A stretch of 64,000 nucleotides of DNA from assembly GCA_027923505.1 (NCBI GenBank), contig BROI01000017.1, positions 372,001 to 436,000 of the forward strand, given 5' to 3'. Positions 24,606-34,807 of the stretch are shown here, piece after piece. Each line of letters starts with the position of its first letter. Position 1 is the stretch's first letter. This DNA is from Mayamaea pseudoterrestris. Its lineage: Eukaryota. The notes beneath the pieces were generated by a model that saw only the letters and a list, made by a program, of their open reading frames with translations, was not told where the DNA came from and did not search any database. The position numbers were made by a program, and so were the translations under genes.

Positions 24606-26690
24606 CTAGCCTATCGTAATCGTCTGTATGGATCGCGGCGGTATCATGCCAGTCACAAGAACTTCATTCTCATCCTGCAGAGCATAGTTTGCCGACTGAC
24701 TTGCTTCGTTGAGTAATACGACAGTCTGAGGCGCATCGCCTTCGGGAGTCAAGAATGCTCCTACCTGCAGGAAGGGCCAACCAGTCGTCATACAAACCCT
24801 GTTTTCAGCCTCTTCACTTTTAAAGTACAACGAAGAAGCTTCACCAGTGACAGGATTGATAATCCACTCGGCAGACGGATGAGAGCATTTACCAAGACTG
24901 ACTTGAGCCCCGCCGGTACGTCCGTACGATCCACCGTCATTGCCAAGGTGCTCAATTACTAAACAATGGTCTTTCGAAGTTCGAAGGCCACTCTCCAGCA
25001 GCACTTGAAACGTACTATTGCCAATGTCTCTGAATCCAAATTTTCCCGCTTTGTCGTCACATTCAACGAGTCGCAAACCATGAAAGTCGCTGTCAACTGT
25101 TCCCCCAACGCAAGAAGCAGTCGGATTGCCCAGCCAGTCATGGCCATGCACTTTGATATTCCTCGTAACGTCATCCCATTTGAACTGCTGGCGTGTCGAT
25201 CCTTCACATGGCCAAACAGTCAGCTCTATACCGGTTTTCGCCAGATCGTTCAAGCCTCCACCTGGGACGCCTTGCCCCTCTGGCATGAAGATATCACCAC
25301 CATCTCCAGATGCAGGATGGACCAAGCCCATGACAGCAGTCGATCCGGGTCGAACATAGCGAGAAATGTGCCCCATGTAAAAGTAAATTGGCTGCACAGC
25401 AATGCCCACGTCCAGAAAGCTGGCTGGAAATCCAAGCGCGTTCAACTCTTCGCGCGTCCGGCCATCGCCCATACTAATGTTACCCATGGGTTGCTGCAAC
25501 TCAAAATGAGGTAGAGGAGACGCGTCAATGGTCGCATCCATCGCTCGGTGTGGGACTGACAAGAGGGTCGTCTCGCAAAGATTTCCGAGATGGTTTGGTC
25601 CACCGATGCCATCCAGTATCAGGTTCCATTCCATCCAACCTTGATAATTGAGTAGAAGAGGATGAATGAGTTTTATTAATCTAATCATTGAACGAAAAAG
25701 GCATTGACATGTCACTGTACATACCGTGACTCCCCGCTGCCAAGTCGGCAAGTATTGTATGCGCATATCGCTCCGCCCGCGCCCAAGAGATCTCCTTGCT
25801 GCCACCAGCATACGCCGTCGTTGGACAGTGACAGGACTCGGATCCAATTACAATGTGGTCATTGTGGATACCAAGTTTCTGAAGCTTGTGCTGGAGGCGA
25901 TGCATGTTTGGCGTCCCTAGCGCACCATCTAGCAAGCGATCCATGCCACCCGCGTACCAATGATAGGCGGTGCCATCAACAAATTCAGCGGCGCTACTGC
26001 TCGCATTCATAATTTCCTCGACCCAGTCATTCACATGATCCTTATTGTGGTCAAAGATCAAAATTTTCACGTCCGGATGGTCATCCTTGAGTCGCGGTCC
26101 AAGGTGATGCGCGACAAAGTCCTTCTGCACCTCGGCCGTATACGCGCAAGCCTCCCATGGCGCGGCAAACTCTGGTTCGTTCTGCACTGTGAGCGACCAA
26201 AAGGGCAAGCCCAGCGCCTCGTAGGCTGTCAGAAACTTGCTCATTGCACCTCGCTGACGCTGCGTGCCAGTTCTTCTTTCCACCACGCACATCTCGTAGA
26301 CAGGATGGCTCGTGTGACCCCGTCATTTTAGCCGCATGAACGGCATGCTTGGAGTCTTGTTGGGTGGGATGCTTCATCCAGGCTGGAGGCGACCATGGAC
26401 TGCCCATGAGTTTCAAATCAAGATTCCAGTCCGTCTTGAGCTTGCTTGATGCCCGCATGATCATGTCAACCATGCCATTCTCGACATTCTGCGTGACGGC
26501 CAGGTCAAAATCTACCAAATCAAAGTCGTCCACCGTTTCGTCGAACGAGTAGCTGTCGACAGAAAAGTCGCACGAATTGATAGGAACTCGCCCCAAGCTG
26601 TAACGTTGCCGATAAAGAGTTCAGTTTTGATCCTTGCCGCGATTGGAGGCGGTGAGTTTCAATGCTGCTTTGTCGGTGAACGCTATCTGA
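24606..26690 (-). CDS. GH30 glucosylceramidase-like protein with ricin-like C-terminal region; 5' end missing or degraded, frameshift near 26240-26290
   Basis: LGRVPINSCDFS, GSPWSPPAWMK, TVQNEPEF, FDHNK, GTAYHWY, GWMEWNLILD..GGPNH, YMGHISRYVRPG. Confidence 0.85.
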
Positions 26691-26739
26691 TCAACACCGA
26701 ATGATTAGACGGCGTCTTGCTAAAATCCACCATGATTCT

Positions 26740-27347
26740 CGCGTCGGGCGCCGGGTATCATTGAGCGTCCACACGCCTTTGCGCGGCAGGTAGGGCGCAG
26801 CAACGGAGCCATTGTCAGGATGGTTCATCCAACGACGCTGCAACTACTCGAGTATGGCGCCAAGCAAGCCAACTTGCAATCAATAATATCGACGCAAGTA
26901 TTGGACTTGTACAATCACAAGCACCATCCACTGCCCGCATGTGATGTAATGATTGTGGCTGACGTCTTGTACAATGATCAGCTGGCGGAGCAAGTCATTC
27001 AACGATGCGTCGAAGCGCGACTCTTGCCGCAACCTCCCGTGGTGCTAGTATCTGATTCCCAGCGCTTTGTCCATGACTTTGAGCGGCAACTCAACCAACG
27101 CCTCAAGGCTGCCTTGCCGCAACATGCTCGCGTCGCCTGGATGAGTCGGCGGTTGCCAAAGTTTACTGGCAGTGGAGTCTGCATTGATGCCGATCAAACC
27201 TATGACGTCAAGGCTCGTGTCATGTGGATTGGACTGTTGGAGCAGCAGCAGCAGCAGCTGTCGAATAAACAGAGTTCAGATGCAGAGCAGGATGGTAAAG
27301 ACTGCAAAGACGACGACAGCAACGATGACGTGGACGAGGAGAGATGA
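26740..27347 (+). CDS. SAM-dependent methyltransferase (Methyltransf_16-like), 5' part degraded or missing
   Basis: CDVMIVADVLYND motif; the GAGxG motif I survives only as frameshifted remnants at about 26745-26765. Confidence 0.6.
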
Positions 27348-27422
27348 CAATGCAATACACTCGCACATATAGATCTTATACACTAGTTGTAGTTGTAGTT
27401 CTTACTTGTTAAAAGCATTGTT

Positions 27423-27816
27423 TTACCATTCAGACGTCTGATTATTATTTCCGTCTCCATCCGCATCCGCACTCATCTCTCTCGGCGCATCAATTGCATC
27501 ATCCATGACTTGCTTTAATGACAAATGAGGACATCCCAGCTGAACTGTTAACAGCTTGAACTTGGCTCGTATTCGTTGAATCTCAACTCGGACACTGCGC
27601 GAGTCGTTGGGTCGCTCCGAGTCGGCGACCTCCTCGTTGGCCAAGTCTCGTTGTCGTTCGCGTTCCTGCTCTCGAAAAACTTGATCAACAGTTGGAAAAT
27701 CATTGATAAGCTCTTGCAGCTCTCGTATTGTTCTTTCTGCTCGTTGGCTCGGAGTAGTCGAAGAAGATGATGATGATGCGTCGTCATTGCCAGCAGTCAA
27801 ACGGGCTGTCGAAATG
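27423..27816 (-). pseudogene. C-terminal half of an LTO1/ORAOV1-like gene, cut by the YR element
   Basis: RTIRELQELINDFP...EIQRIRAKFKLLTVQLG resembles the ORAOV1/Lto1 C-terminus; the frame runs into the element boundary with no ATG or deca-GX3 N-terminus. Confidence 0.5.
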
Positions 27817-28018
27817 ATGTGGGATTCTGGAGAGCCGGAGGAAAGCGGTGATTTGATTGGCCAATGGTGACGTCATCGGATGACGGCATTGGCGCATTGG
27901 TTCCAGAGGTCATGGGTCCTCTCCAAGGATTGCGAAGCAAGCTTGCAGCTTGCTTGTCATTCTTTTGGTCTGTTTGCCTCGAAGCTCTTGTTCGAGGACT
28001 GTAAGATAGATTAAAGTT
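27817..28018 (+). repeat. Split direct repeat A1 (202 bp)
   Basis: Identical to 34988-35187 except for a short patch at about 27934-27948. Confidence 0.95.
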
Positions 28019-28036
28019 TCTTGACTAATCAAGATA

Positions 28037-30190
28037 ATGTCATCCTTCAATACTTGGAACAGCTTCTATTCGCCTGATCGCCGCGAGCGTATCTTCACGC
28101 CGAAATGCTACCAGCGTCTTTCGTTCAATGCCAAGATCTTTTCAAATGGATCCATTCCGGAGCGTTTGCAGACGCTGAGCGATACGCCTTTCTCTCCTTG
28201 GCTTCTAGCGGGAGTGATGGGAGGACGAGTCAATGTTCATCTTTACCATCATCCGCTCATTCCTCTCCAGTATCAAGGCGATCCAAGCGAGGCGTCGAGC
28301 GTTTTCATGTTGCAGGGGAGCTCCGACTCGCTCTTGGTATCGGAGCTCAACGCAAGCTGCCTTCGGCTGATCACTGATCCTGGCGATCCCATCAAAACGC
28401 CTTCCTTTGAGTCTCTATTCGACGACGATGTTTTGGAAGCGGAGGATGTCTCCAAGATCCTTGGATTGCAAGCGGACGACAACACGTTCTTGAACATGTC
28501 AGCATTGATTCCAATTCCTCCTTTTGCCTTTGCGATTATTGACAAGTTTGCGCCAGGACGACACATCAAGGACATGCTCTTTAGCATCATGCGCGCCTTG
28601 AGTACTTGGGACGTTCAATACGGAAGCAATATCCCCTGTCAAGATATCAAGGCGGCCAGCTTCCAGCTTGTTCAATTCCTTTGGACCCTCGCGACCACAG
28701 GAGATTCACCGTCTTCCGTCGTTCAGAAGTTTATCAAATCCTTTCCAGACGTACCAGTCGTCTTGGTCAAGGAAGACGTCCCCAAGGAAACGTTCATGGA
28801 TTTTGAGTCGATCATCAGTCAAGAGTTTCCAGCCGCTGCGACCACCCAGCCCAGTACGACAGTGTCGCCGCCTTCCTCGTCTCCTACAGTTCCCACGCCG
28901 TCCGGCAGTCCCACTCCCGACGGGGTTCCTCCGATTATGACGACTGTACTCCAGGAGATTCTGCAGACGATTCAATCGACATCAGCTCATTCGTCGGAGC
29001 AAAGCAAGGCATTTATCGAAGCGCTTCACAAGCACTCGGAGGAGACTTCACGCGTTGGCTTCCACAAGCTTTTGGAAGAAACTCAACGGATGCTGCTTCG
29101 TTTGGCGACTGATATTGACGGCAACGTTCCCTCGCATCCATCACGTTTCATGCTCAAGCTCTACGGCGACAAGAAGGACATGGCGCACAAGATTCTCCAG
29201 GCGGCCTTTGACAGTCGCAGCTCCACTTACAGTATCCCCAAATCCTTGGCGATGCATATCCATCATGGAGACTTTACAAGCAAGATTCGTGGTGAAGGCG
29301 TGCGCGTATCGGTAATGGCGTTTGCCGCGACTGCCGAGATTTACAACACGGACGAAAGCATGATCCTCGACATGAAACTGGCTGATACCAATATCAGCGA
29401 TGAGACATACAAGAAGGCCTGTACACTCAAGCTTGACTTTCCTTCTTCCGTTGATGCGCTCTCCACTAGTATCTACGATATGGCGACCCTTTTCGATGTT
29501 CTGGGTGGATTTGATGGGGACGACGACGACGCCTGCTACTTTAGCCATCGCCTTCGCCACTTGGCCTACGAGATCAAGCAGCGCACTAAACAAATCATGG
29601 CTTTTATGGTAACCGATCAAGACTACTTGGCTCACTTGAGCAACGCCATTGATGCGCTCATTAACCGCCACATGACGGCGTGTCGCGACAGCCCGTCTTT
29701 GTCCCTCCGTTACGCCGACAAACTGAGCGATATTTTGGATTCAATTGATTCTGAAGCTGGCATTCAAACAGCCATTCCTCATTGCTTGGTAGCTCGCCTT
29801 CCTTCAAAGCGCAAGTATGGCGGTGGCAACGACGGTCCTTCACCCAAGCATCACCATCATGGCGATGGCGGCGGCAACGGCGGCGGCAATGGCGGCGGCA
29901 ATGGTGGTTCTTCTTCTTTTGCTTCCAAAGCTGGTGGAACTAATCCAAATCCTGATCCTGCTTTGACCATCTCCAAGGATTATAACGTGGTCTTTCCGCC
30001 CGATTGCTGGACCAAGGTTCCCAAGGTTTCCGTCAAAGGCAAGCAGGTCGCTCTCTGCCTCAAGTTCTACTGCTTGAACAAGTGCACGATCAAGAAGTGC
30101 AACCGCGCTCACGTCACTTTGAATGGCGCTAAAATGATTGAGCTCAAGGCGTTTGTCAAGATTCAAAAGGAGGCAGCTGGCGACGCCTGA
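28037..30190 (+). CDS. ORF1, gag-like protein of the YR retrotransposon
   Basis: 717 aa, starting 19 nt after A1; Gly-rich tract and C-terminal CCCH finger C-x8-C-x4-C-x3-H (CLKFYCLNKCTIKKCNRAH). Confidence 0.8.
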   Translation: MSSFNTWNSFYSPDRRERIFTPKCYQRLSFNAKIFSNGSIPERLQTLSDTPFSPWLLAGVMGGRVNVHLYHHPLIPLQYQGDPSEASSVFMLQGSSDSLLVSELNASCLRLITDPGDPIKTPSFESLFDDDVLEAEDVSKILGLQADDNTFLNMSALIPIPPFAFAIIDKFAPGRHIKDMLFSIMRALSTWDVQYGSNIPCQDIKAASFQLVQFLWTLATTGDSPSSVVQKFIKSFPDVPVVLVKEDVPKETFMDFESIISQEFPAAATTQPSTTVSPPSSSPTVPTPSGSPTPDGVPPIMTTVLQEILQTIQSTSAHSSEQSKAFIEALHKHSEETSRVGFHKLLEETQRMLLRLATDIDGNVPSHPSRFMLKLYGDKKDMAHKILQAAFDSRSSTYSIPKSLAMHIHHGDFTSKIRGEGVRVSVMAFAATAEIYNTDESMILDMKLADTNISDETYKKACTLKLDFPSSVDALSTSIYDMATLFDVLGGFDGDDDDACYFSHRLRHLAYEIKQRTKQIMAFMVTDQDYLAHLSNAIDALINRHMTACRDSPSLSLRYADKLSDILDSIDSEAGIQTAIPHCLVARLPSKRKYGGGNDGPSPKHHHHGDGGGNGGGNGGGNGGSSSFASKAGGTNPNPDPALTISKDYNVVFPPDCWTKVPKVSVKGKQVALCLKFYCLNKCTIKKCNRAHVTLNGAKMIELKAFVKIQKEAAGDA

Positions 30191-33100
30191 GTAGCCTCCT
30201 CCACGTGGCCGGCGGGAATCCACGTTGGAGGACCTCCTACTAGTTATGACTCGTCTAACTTAGTAGCGTCCAGTTCCAATGCTTCTTTAAACGCTACGAG
30301 TAGGCTAGTGACTCCTACAAACCTCGAGCTGGCGCCACTTTATAATCAATTGCACGCCTTTCGCCAACAACTCGAAACCGCAACGACTTCTCTAACGACA
30401 TCGGTGCGCAGCCCATCATTAACTACAAACCGTCCCCCCAACTCGCCATCAACATCTATAATGGCAACCGACACAACACTCGCGTGTCATGCGGAGGTTT
30501 CTTCTTTCACTGGAGATAGCAGACGGAGCACTGGAGGGCGCTCCAAAGCCAGTTTTCGCGTCATGACGGGATCCTCAATCCCTGAGAGCGACACTGCGCC
30601 TTTGGAGCCTCTTTATGTTCCAACTCGCCGTCTTCCACGTGGAGCGATTTTAAATCAACTAGGAGGCTCTCCTCCATTACCAAGTGGCTCTCCACTTGGA
30701 TCCGGAGGCTCTCCTCCATCGAGCGGCTCTCTGCTCAACCCCGGAGGCTCTCCTCCACCCCCAGGTAGCTCTCTGCCTGGTTCAAGAGGCTCTCCTCTTC
30801 CTTCCGGGAATTCACTCCCAAATCCAGTTGGCTCTCTAACTGGCCGCAGAGGCTCTCCTCTACCCTTTGGAGGCTCTCCTCCTTCTTCTTCGCAGCCACG
30901 TGGCTCCTTGTTGCATCATTCTTTCAAGCCACGAGGAACGCCTCTGTGGGACCGCCTCGTTCCTCCATCAGCGCCACCTGAGAAACCAATACTGGATCCA
31001 ACGGAAGGGGATCCTCCCCGTTCACGCTCCAATTACCGTCATCCAATGTCTCTCCATTTGAGCCAAGACAAGATTGACAACGATTTGAGTAAGTTGCCTC
31101 TGGCGTCGCCAGAGTCTCCATTATCCAGTCCCTTTTCCAAGCCTCCATCCCTCTTCTGGAACACTTTTCAAGCGCTTCACTGTCAACCCTCTTCAGATTC
31201 AATTCATCCTTCTTCTACAGCTCCGTCTGTCCCTCCGTCAGTCGAGCAGCCTACCCTTTACGACGCCATCACCATCGCCGACCCACCATCCTCCATCACC
31301 TTTCACCTTGACGCTACACCAACTGATGAGCTCTCCATTCCATTTGAAGTAATGGATCCTGGCCTTGATTATGCTCCCGCTCCATGGCCAGCCGTCGAGT
31401 CGTCTTGGTTTCAATCCCTGCAACGCGCTCTGCAATGGACGCCTCCTCCTTTGGTTCCATCACCTTTTCGATTTGAGCTAACTGATGCGGCTGCTAACCA
31501 TAACCTGGCCATCCTTTCGGCCAATCACATGGACTTGCGCCACTTGCTCTTCTCCAACAAGGATTTGCCAACTTGCCCCGGCTCCAATTTCCGCCCGATT
31601 GAGCTACTTGATCCGCTCTTTAACGGCCACCCGCGCTGGCTTCGTGTTCGCCAAACTCTTACCACTGGAGCCTCCTTTCCATTGTATCCTATTAATGAGG
31701 CAACGCGCCAGGAAGAATTGGACGCAATCATCGAGTACGGAAACCACAAGTCGGCAACCAAGGAACGCGCAGCGGTACTCGAAACTCTCCAAGAGGAAAC
31801 GGAAAAAGGCTGGCATCTCCCGTTGCCAGTCGACGCTTTACACCAGCTTCCTAATGTAGCTGCTGCTCCTTTTGGATATGTCAAACAACTCAAGCTACAA
31901 GCTGACGGATCCCGCAAGGAAGCCGGTCGAATTACGCACGATCAAACGTTCTGTCAACGGCACGCCGGCACCTCTGTCAACAAGCGAGTCCGGGAGGATG
32001 AATTGCCACCCGTCTTCTACGGATTTGCTCTACAACGCCTATTGAATCGCCTCATTGCAACCAGATTGATCTACAACCAGCTTCCTATCTATTTACCCAA
32101 GTATGATTGGAAATCGGCCTACAAAAACTGCCATTTTGGCCTCGAAACGCTTGTCCAAGCGGCAACCACCACCAAAGGTATCACGACTGACTCCACGCTG
32201 GCGCTTTTAGCACTGAGAATGACGTTTGGCGGGTCTCCCTGCCCTACAATTTTCAGTGATCTATCAGAGACAGTTACAGACGCAGCAAACCATTTGGTTA
32301 GAGACCAGTCCTGGGATCCGGCTTTGGTTCAGTCGCAATTTATTGCACACATTGACACCAATCCAGTCGTGTATTCCGATGCCTCCACGCCGTTCGCTAT
32401 CGCTCGACAAACCACGGTCCAGCAGCTCATTCCAGTTGACGGTCTTCCTTTCTTTGACGTCTTCCTTGACGATCATCTGGGGCTCATTGTTCATACTAGT
32501 AACGACGCCGTTCTTTGTGGTGCTCATGCTATCCCTTTGATGCTCGATGTGATGGGTCGACCGTTGCGAGCGGACGAACCTCTACCGCGCAACGCTTTAA
32601 TTGCAGTCTCCAAGCTCATTGCAGAAGGGTGTTTAACGGAGACTCAAGTAATCCTTGGATGGGAGGTTGATTCGCGCACTCTTATCATCCGTCTACCAGC
32701 TGACAAGCATCGCATCTATTCAGAGGATATTCAGCTCCTCCTGGATCGTCAAGGCTACTCAGTTGCGGCAGCAATCCTCGCCACGCTCTACGGACGACTC
32801 GTCCACGTTGCTGTGGTTGTCACTGAAATGCGGCCTTTCCTTGGCCGTATCCACTCGGCAAAATCTCGCGCTGAAGCTACCACTGGCAAGCATCGCAAAA
32901 GCACGCGATTGACTCGAGCCGAGCGCCAGGATTTGACAGAATGTTTGCGCTTTCTTTCCGTCGCTCGCGACGGCATTGATATCAATCTACTCGTTCCTCG
33001 CTACCCTGACCTCATCGTTCCTACGGACGCTTGCTTGGCTCAGGTTGGAGGCCACGATATGCCTGGTGGTTTTGGCTGGCGTCTGCCAGTGCCGCCAGGG

Positions 33101-33844
33101 TCGCCAGCGCATCATATAAACTTTCTCGAGTTCCTCGGCCCCGTCTGCGGCATTTGGCTCGCCGTGGCAGAAGGCCGATTGAAACGAGGCGATTGCGTTC
33201 TCGCTATTGGAGACAACACTACCGCAGCAGGATGGATGCGTCGGTCGAACTTTTCGGATGAAACGTCAACGCCACAAACACTTTTGTTGGCACGACTCCT
33301 CTCCGCTATCTGCTCGCACCAAGGCATCTGCTTCTACTCGCAATGGAAGATGGGACTGGATAACGTCGTACCTGATCTTATATCACGCGATACATCCAGC
33401 TCAGATGAGTCTCTCACCCAGCTCATCCTCTCTTCATCTCTGGCGCTGCAGGTACCGGCATCCTTCACGATGCGACCCCTGCCCGACAAGATTTTGTCCG
33501 CTCTCTCCTCGTTGATGCATCTAAATCCGAGTTTGTTGGAGTCACACGCGCCACTCACGTTCGAGAAGACATGGCTTGGAAACGCTGGTTGCTCTTCCTT
33601 GAGCGAGTTGGTCTCCAGCACGATCCATTCCTCGTCGACGGAACGCCAACGGACAGAGCGAATCTCTTTATCGCCTTTGTTCAATCCGTCCGTCGAGGCG
33701 ACTATTCAAAGCCAGTTAAAGGACCAAGTACCTTGGTGGCCGGATCTGTCTCTACCACCGTCGGAGGTGTGGCTAAGGCCTTTACGGCCGCTGGTTATCC
33801 CGATCCCCGTCACAACGCGCAAGGAGAGACTCTCCCAGTGTTAG
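30191..33844 (+). CDS. ORF2, reverse transcriptase plus RNase H (in frame with ORF1 after a single TGA)
   Basis: RT motifs RITHD, KYDWKSAY, RMTFGGSPCPTIF, FLDD, ILGWEVD; RNase H motifs TDAC, HINFLEFL, GDNTTA, NVVPDLISR. Confidence 0.92.
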   Translation, partial: VASSTWPAGIHVGGPPTSYDSSNLVASSSNASLNATSRLVTPTNLELAPLYNQLHAFRQQLETATTSLTTSVRSPSLTTNRPPNSPSTSIMATDTTLACHAEVSSFTGDSRRSTGGRSKASFRVMTGSSIPESDTAPLEPLYVPTRRLPRGAILNQLGGSPPLPSGSPLGSGGSPPSSGSLLNPGGSPPPPGSSLPGSRGSPLPSGNSLPNPVGSLTGRRGSPLPFGGSPPSSSQPRGSLLHHSFKPRGTPLWDRLVPPSAPPEKPILDPTEGDPPRSRSNYRHPMSLHLSQDKIDNDLSKLPLASPESPLSSPFSKPPSLFWNTFQALHCQPSSDSIHPSSTAPSVPPSVEQPTLYDAITIADPPSSITFHLDATPTDELSIPFEVMDPGLDYAPAPWPAVESSWFQSLQRALQWTPPPLVPSPFRFELTDAAANHNLAILSANHMDLRHLLFSNKDLPTCPGSNFRPIELLDPLFNGHPRWLRVRQTLTTGASFPLYPINEATRQEELDAIIEYGNHKSATKERAAVLETLQEETEKGWHLPLPVDALHQLPNVAAAPFGYVKQLKLQADGSRKEAGRITHDQTFCQRHAGTSVNKRVREDELPPVFYGFALQRLLNRLIATRLIYNQLPIYLPKYDWKSAYKNCHFGLETLVQAATTTKGITTDSTLALLALRMTFGGSPCPTIFSDLSETVTDAANHLVRDQSWDPALVQSQFIAHIDTNPVVYSDASTPFAIARQTTVQQLIPVDGLPFFDVFLDDHLGLIVHTSNDAVLCGAHAIPLMLDVMGRPLRADEPLPRNALIAVSKLIAEGCLTETQVILGWEVDSRTLIIRLPADKHRIYSEDIQLLLDRQGYSVAAAILATLYGRLVHVAVVVTEMRPFLGRIHSAKSRAEATTGKHRKSTRLTRAERQDLTECLRFLSVARDGIDINLLVPRYPDLIVPTDACLAQVGGHDMPGGFGWRLPVPPGSPAHHINFLEFLGPVCGIWLAVAEGRLKRGDCVLAIGDNTTAAGWMRRSNFSDETSTPQTLLLARLLSAICSHQGICFYSQWKMGLDNVVPDLISRDTSSSDESLTQLILSSSLALQVPASFTMRPLPDKILSALSSLMHLNPSLLESHAPLTFEKTWLGNAGCSSLSELVSSTIHSSSTERQRTERISLSPLFNPSVEATIQSQLKDQVPWWPDLSLPPSEVWLRPLRPLVIPIPVTTRKERLSQC
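30660..30910 (+). repeat. Degenerate coding minisatellite (core GGAGGCTCTCCT; GGSP-P/L peptide repeat) in the ORF2 N-terminal linker
   Basis: About six copies of (G/A)GAGGCTCTCCT at roughly 20-60 bp spacing. Confidence 0.75.
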
Positions 33845-34776
33845 CACGTTTGTTTCGCGGCTATAATAACGAGGATCCTACCACGGGGCATCAACAGGCG
33901 ATTCCGTTGGCGTTGCTCATGAAGATGGCGGCTGAGCATGCCACCTCGGCTGGCTACCGTCATTTTCAATGGATTATTACGCTCGCTTTCTTCTTCGCTC
34001 TTCGCTCTTGTGAATACCTCAAGATCCATAAAGGAGACAAAGTTGAAAGAAGGACTCTTCCTATTCGAGTTTGCGATACGCGGTTCTGGAAAGATGGCGT
34101 GCTCGTGTCACACTCTTCACCTTCGCTCCATCTTTCCAATTCCGTCTCCCTTGTTTTTCGAGCGCAAAAGAATCAAGTGAAGGATGATAGCGTTACGACT
34201 CATAGCTCTGGCGATCCTCGCTTCTGCCCCGTGGTTGCAGCTGCAGAATTAGTACGCTCTGCTCGCCGCCTCATTGACAAGGGACTCATGAGTGAGGATG
34301 ACGACTACTTCTACTATTACGAGGCAGACGACGGCAAGCTTGCTGCTCTCCATACCAAGATGGCGCTAGCCTTTCTACGCGACTTTATCAGCTTTAACAA
34401 TCCCGAGTCCATTGGTTTATCAGTTGACACGATTGGCCTTCATTCTATCCGCGCCTCTGCCGCCATGGCAATGTACATGTCGGGCGTCCCTATTACAACC
34501 ATTCAGCTACAAGGACGCTGGCGCAGTGAGGCCTTTATGGAATACATACGCAAACAAGTTGATCTATTCTCCGCCGGCGTCTCCAAGAAGATGCTCACTG
34601 TCACCAACTTCAACACCATTAGCGCTACTCGCTTTCAACCCTCCACGACTACCACCAACAACAACAACAACAACAACATCCAGTCCACCAGTCCTTCGCC
34701 AGTCTCCACCACCGTTCCATTTACGGGCTACAGGCATTCCTCTTCCTCTGGTCTACGCAAAGCCTGGGGCGCTTAG
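33571..34776 (+). CDS. ORF3, tyrosine recombinase (overlaps the ORF2 3' end by 274 nt)
   Basis: Full catalytic set: FFFALRSCEY (R), RAQKNQ (K), HSIR (HxxR), GRWRSEAFMEY (W, Y). Confidence 0.95.
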   Translation: MAWKRWLLFLERVGLQHDPFLVDGTPTDRANLFIAFVQSVRRGDYSKPVKGPSTLVAGSVSTTVGGVAKAFTAAGYPDPRHNAQGETLPVLARLFRGYNNEDPTTGHQQAIPLALLMKMAAEHATSAGYRHFQWIITLAFFFALRSCEYLKIHKGDKVERRTLPIRVCDTRFWKDGVLVSHSSPSLHLSNSVSLVFRAQKNQVKDDSVTTHSSGDPRFCPVVAAAELVRSARRLIDKGLMSEDDDYFYYYEADDGKLAALHTKMALAFLRDFISFNNPESIGLSVDTIGLHSIRASAAMAMYMSGVPITTIQLQGRWRSEAFMEYIRKQVDLFSAGVSKKMLTVTNFNTISATRFQPSTTTTNNNNNNNIQSTSPSPVSTTVPFTGYRHSSSSGLRKAWGA

Positions 34777-34807
34777 CTCCTGGCGCGGCCTCCTTGCATT
34801 TCCTTCA

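Noticed and set aside
34650..34680. (AAC)n poly-Asn tract at the YR C-terminus
   Set aside because: Ordinary microsatellite downstream of the catalytic Tyr.
33571..34776. Phage integrase, integron, or RT-containing prokaryotic system (retron/DGR)
   Set aside because: Linkage to gag and RT/RNase H, split direct repeats and intron-containing neighbours identify a DIRS-order retrotransposon.
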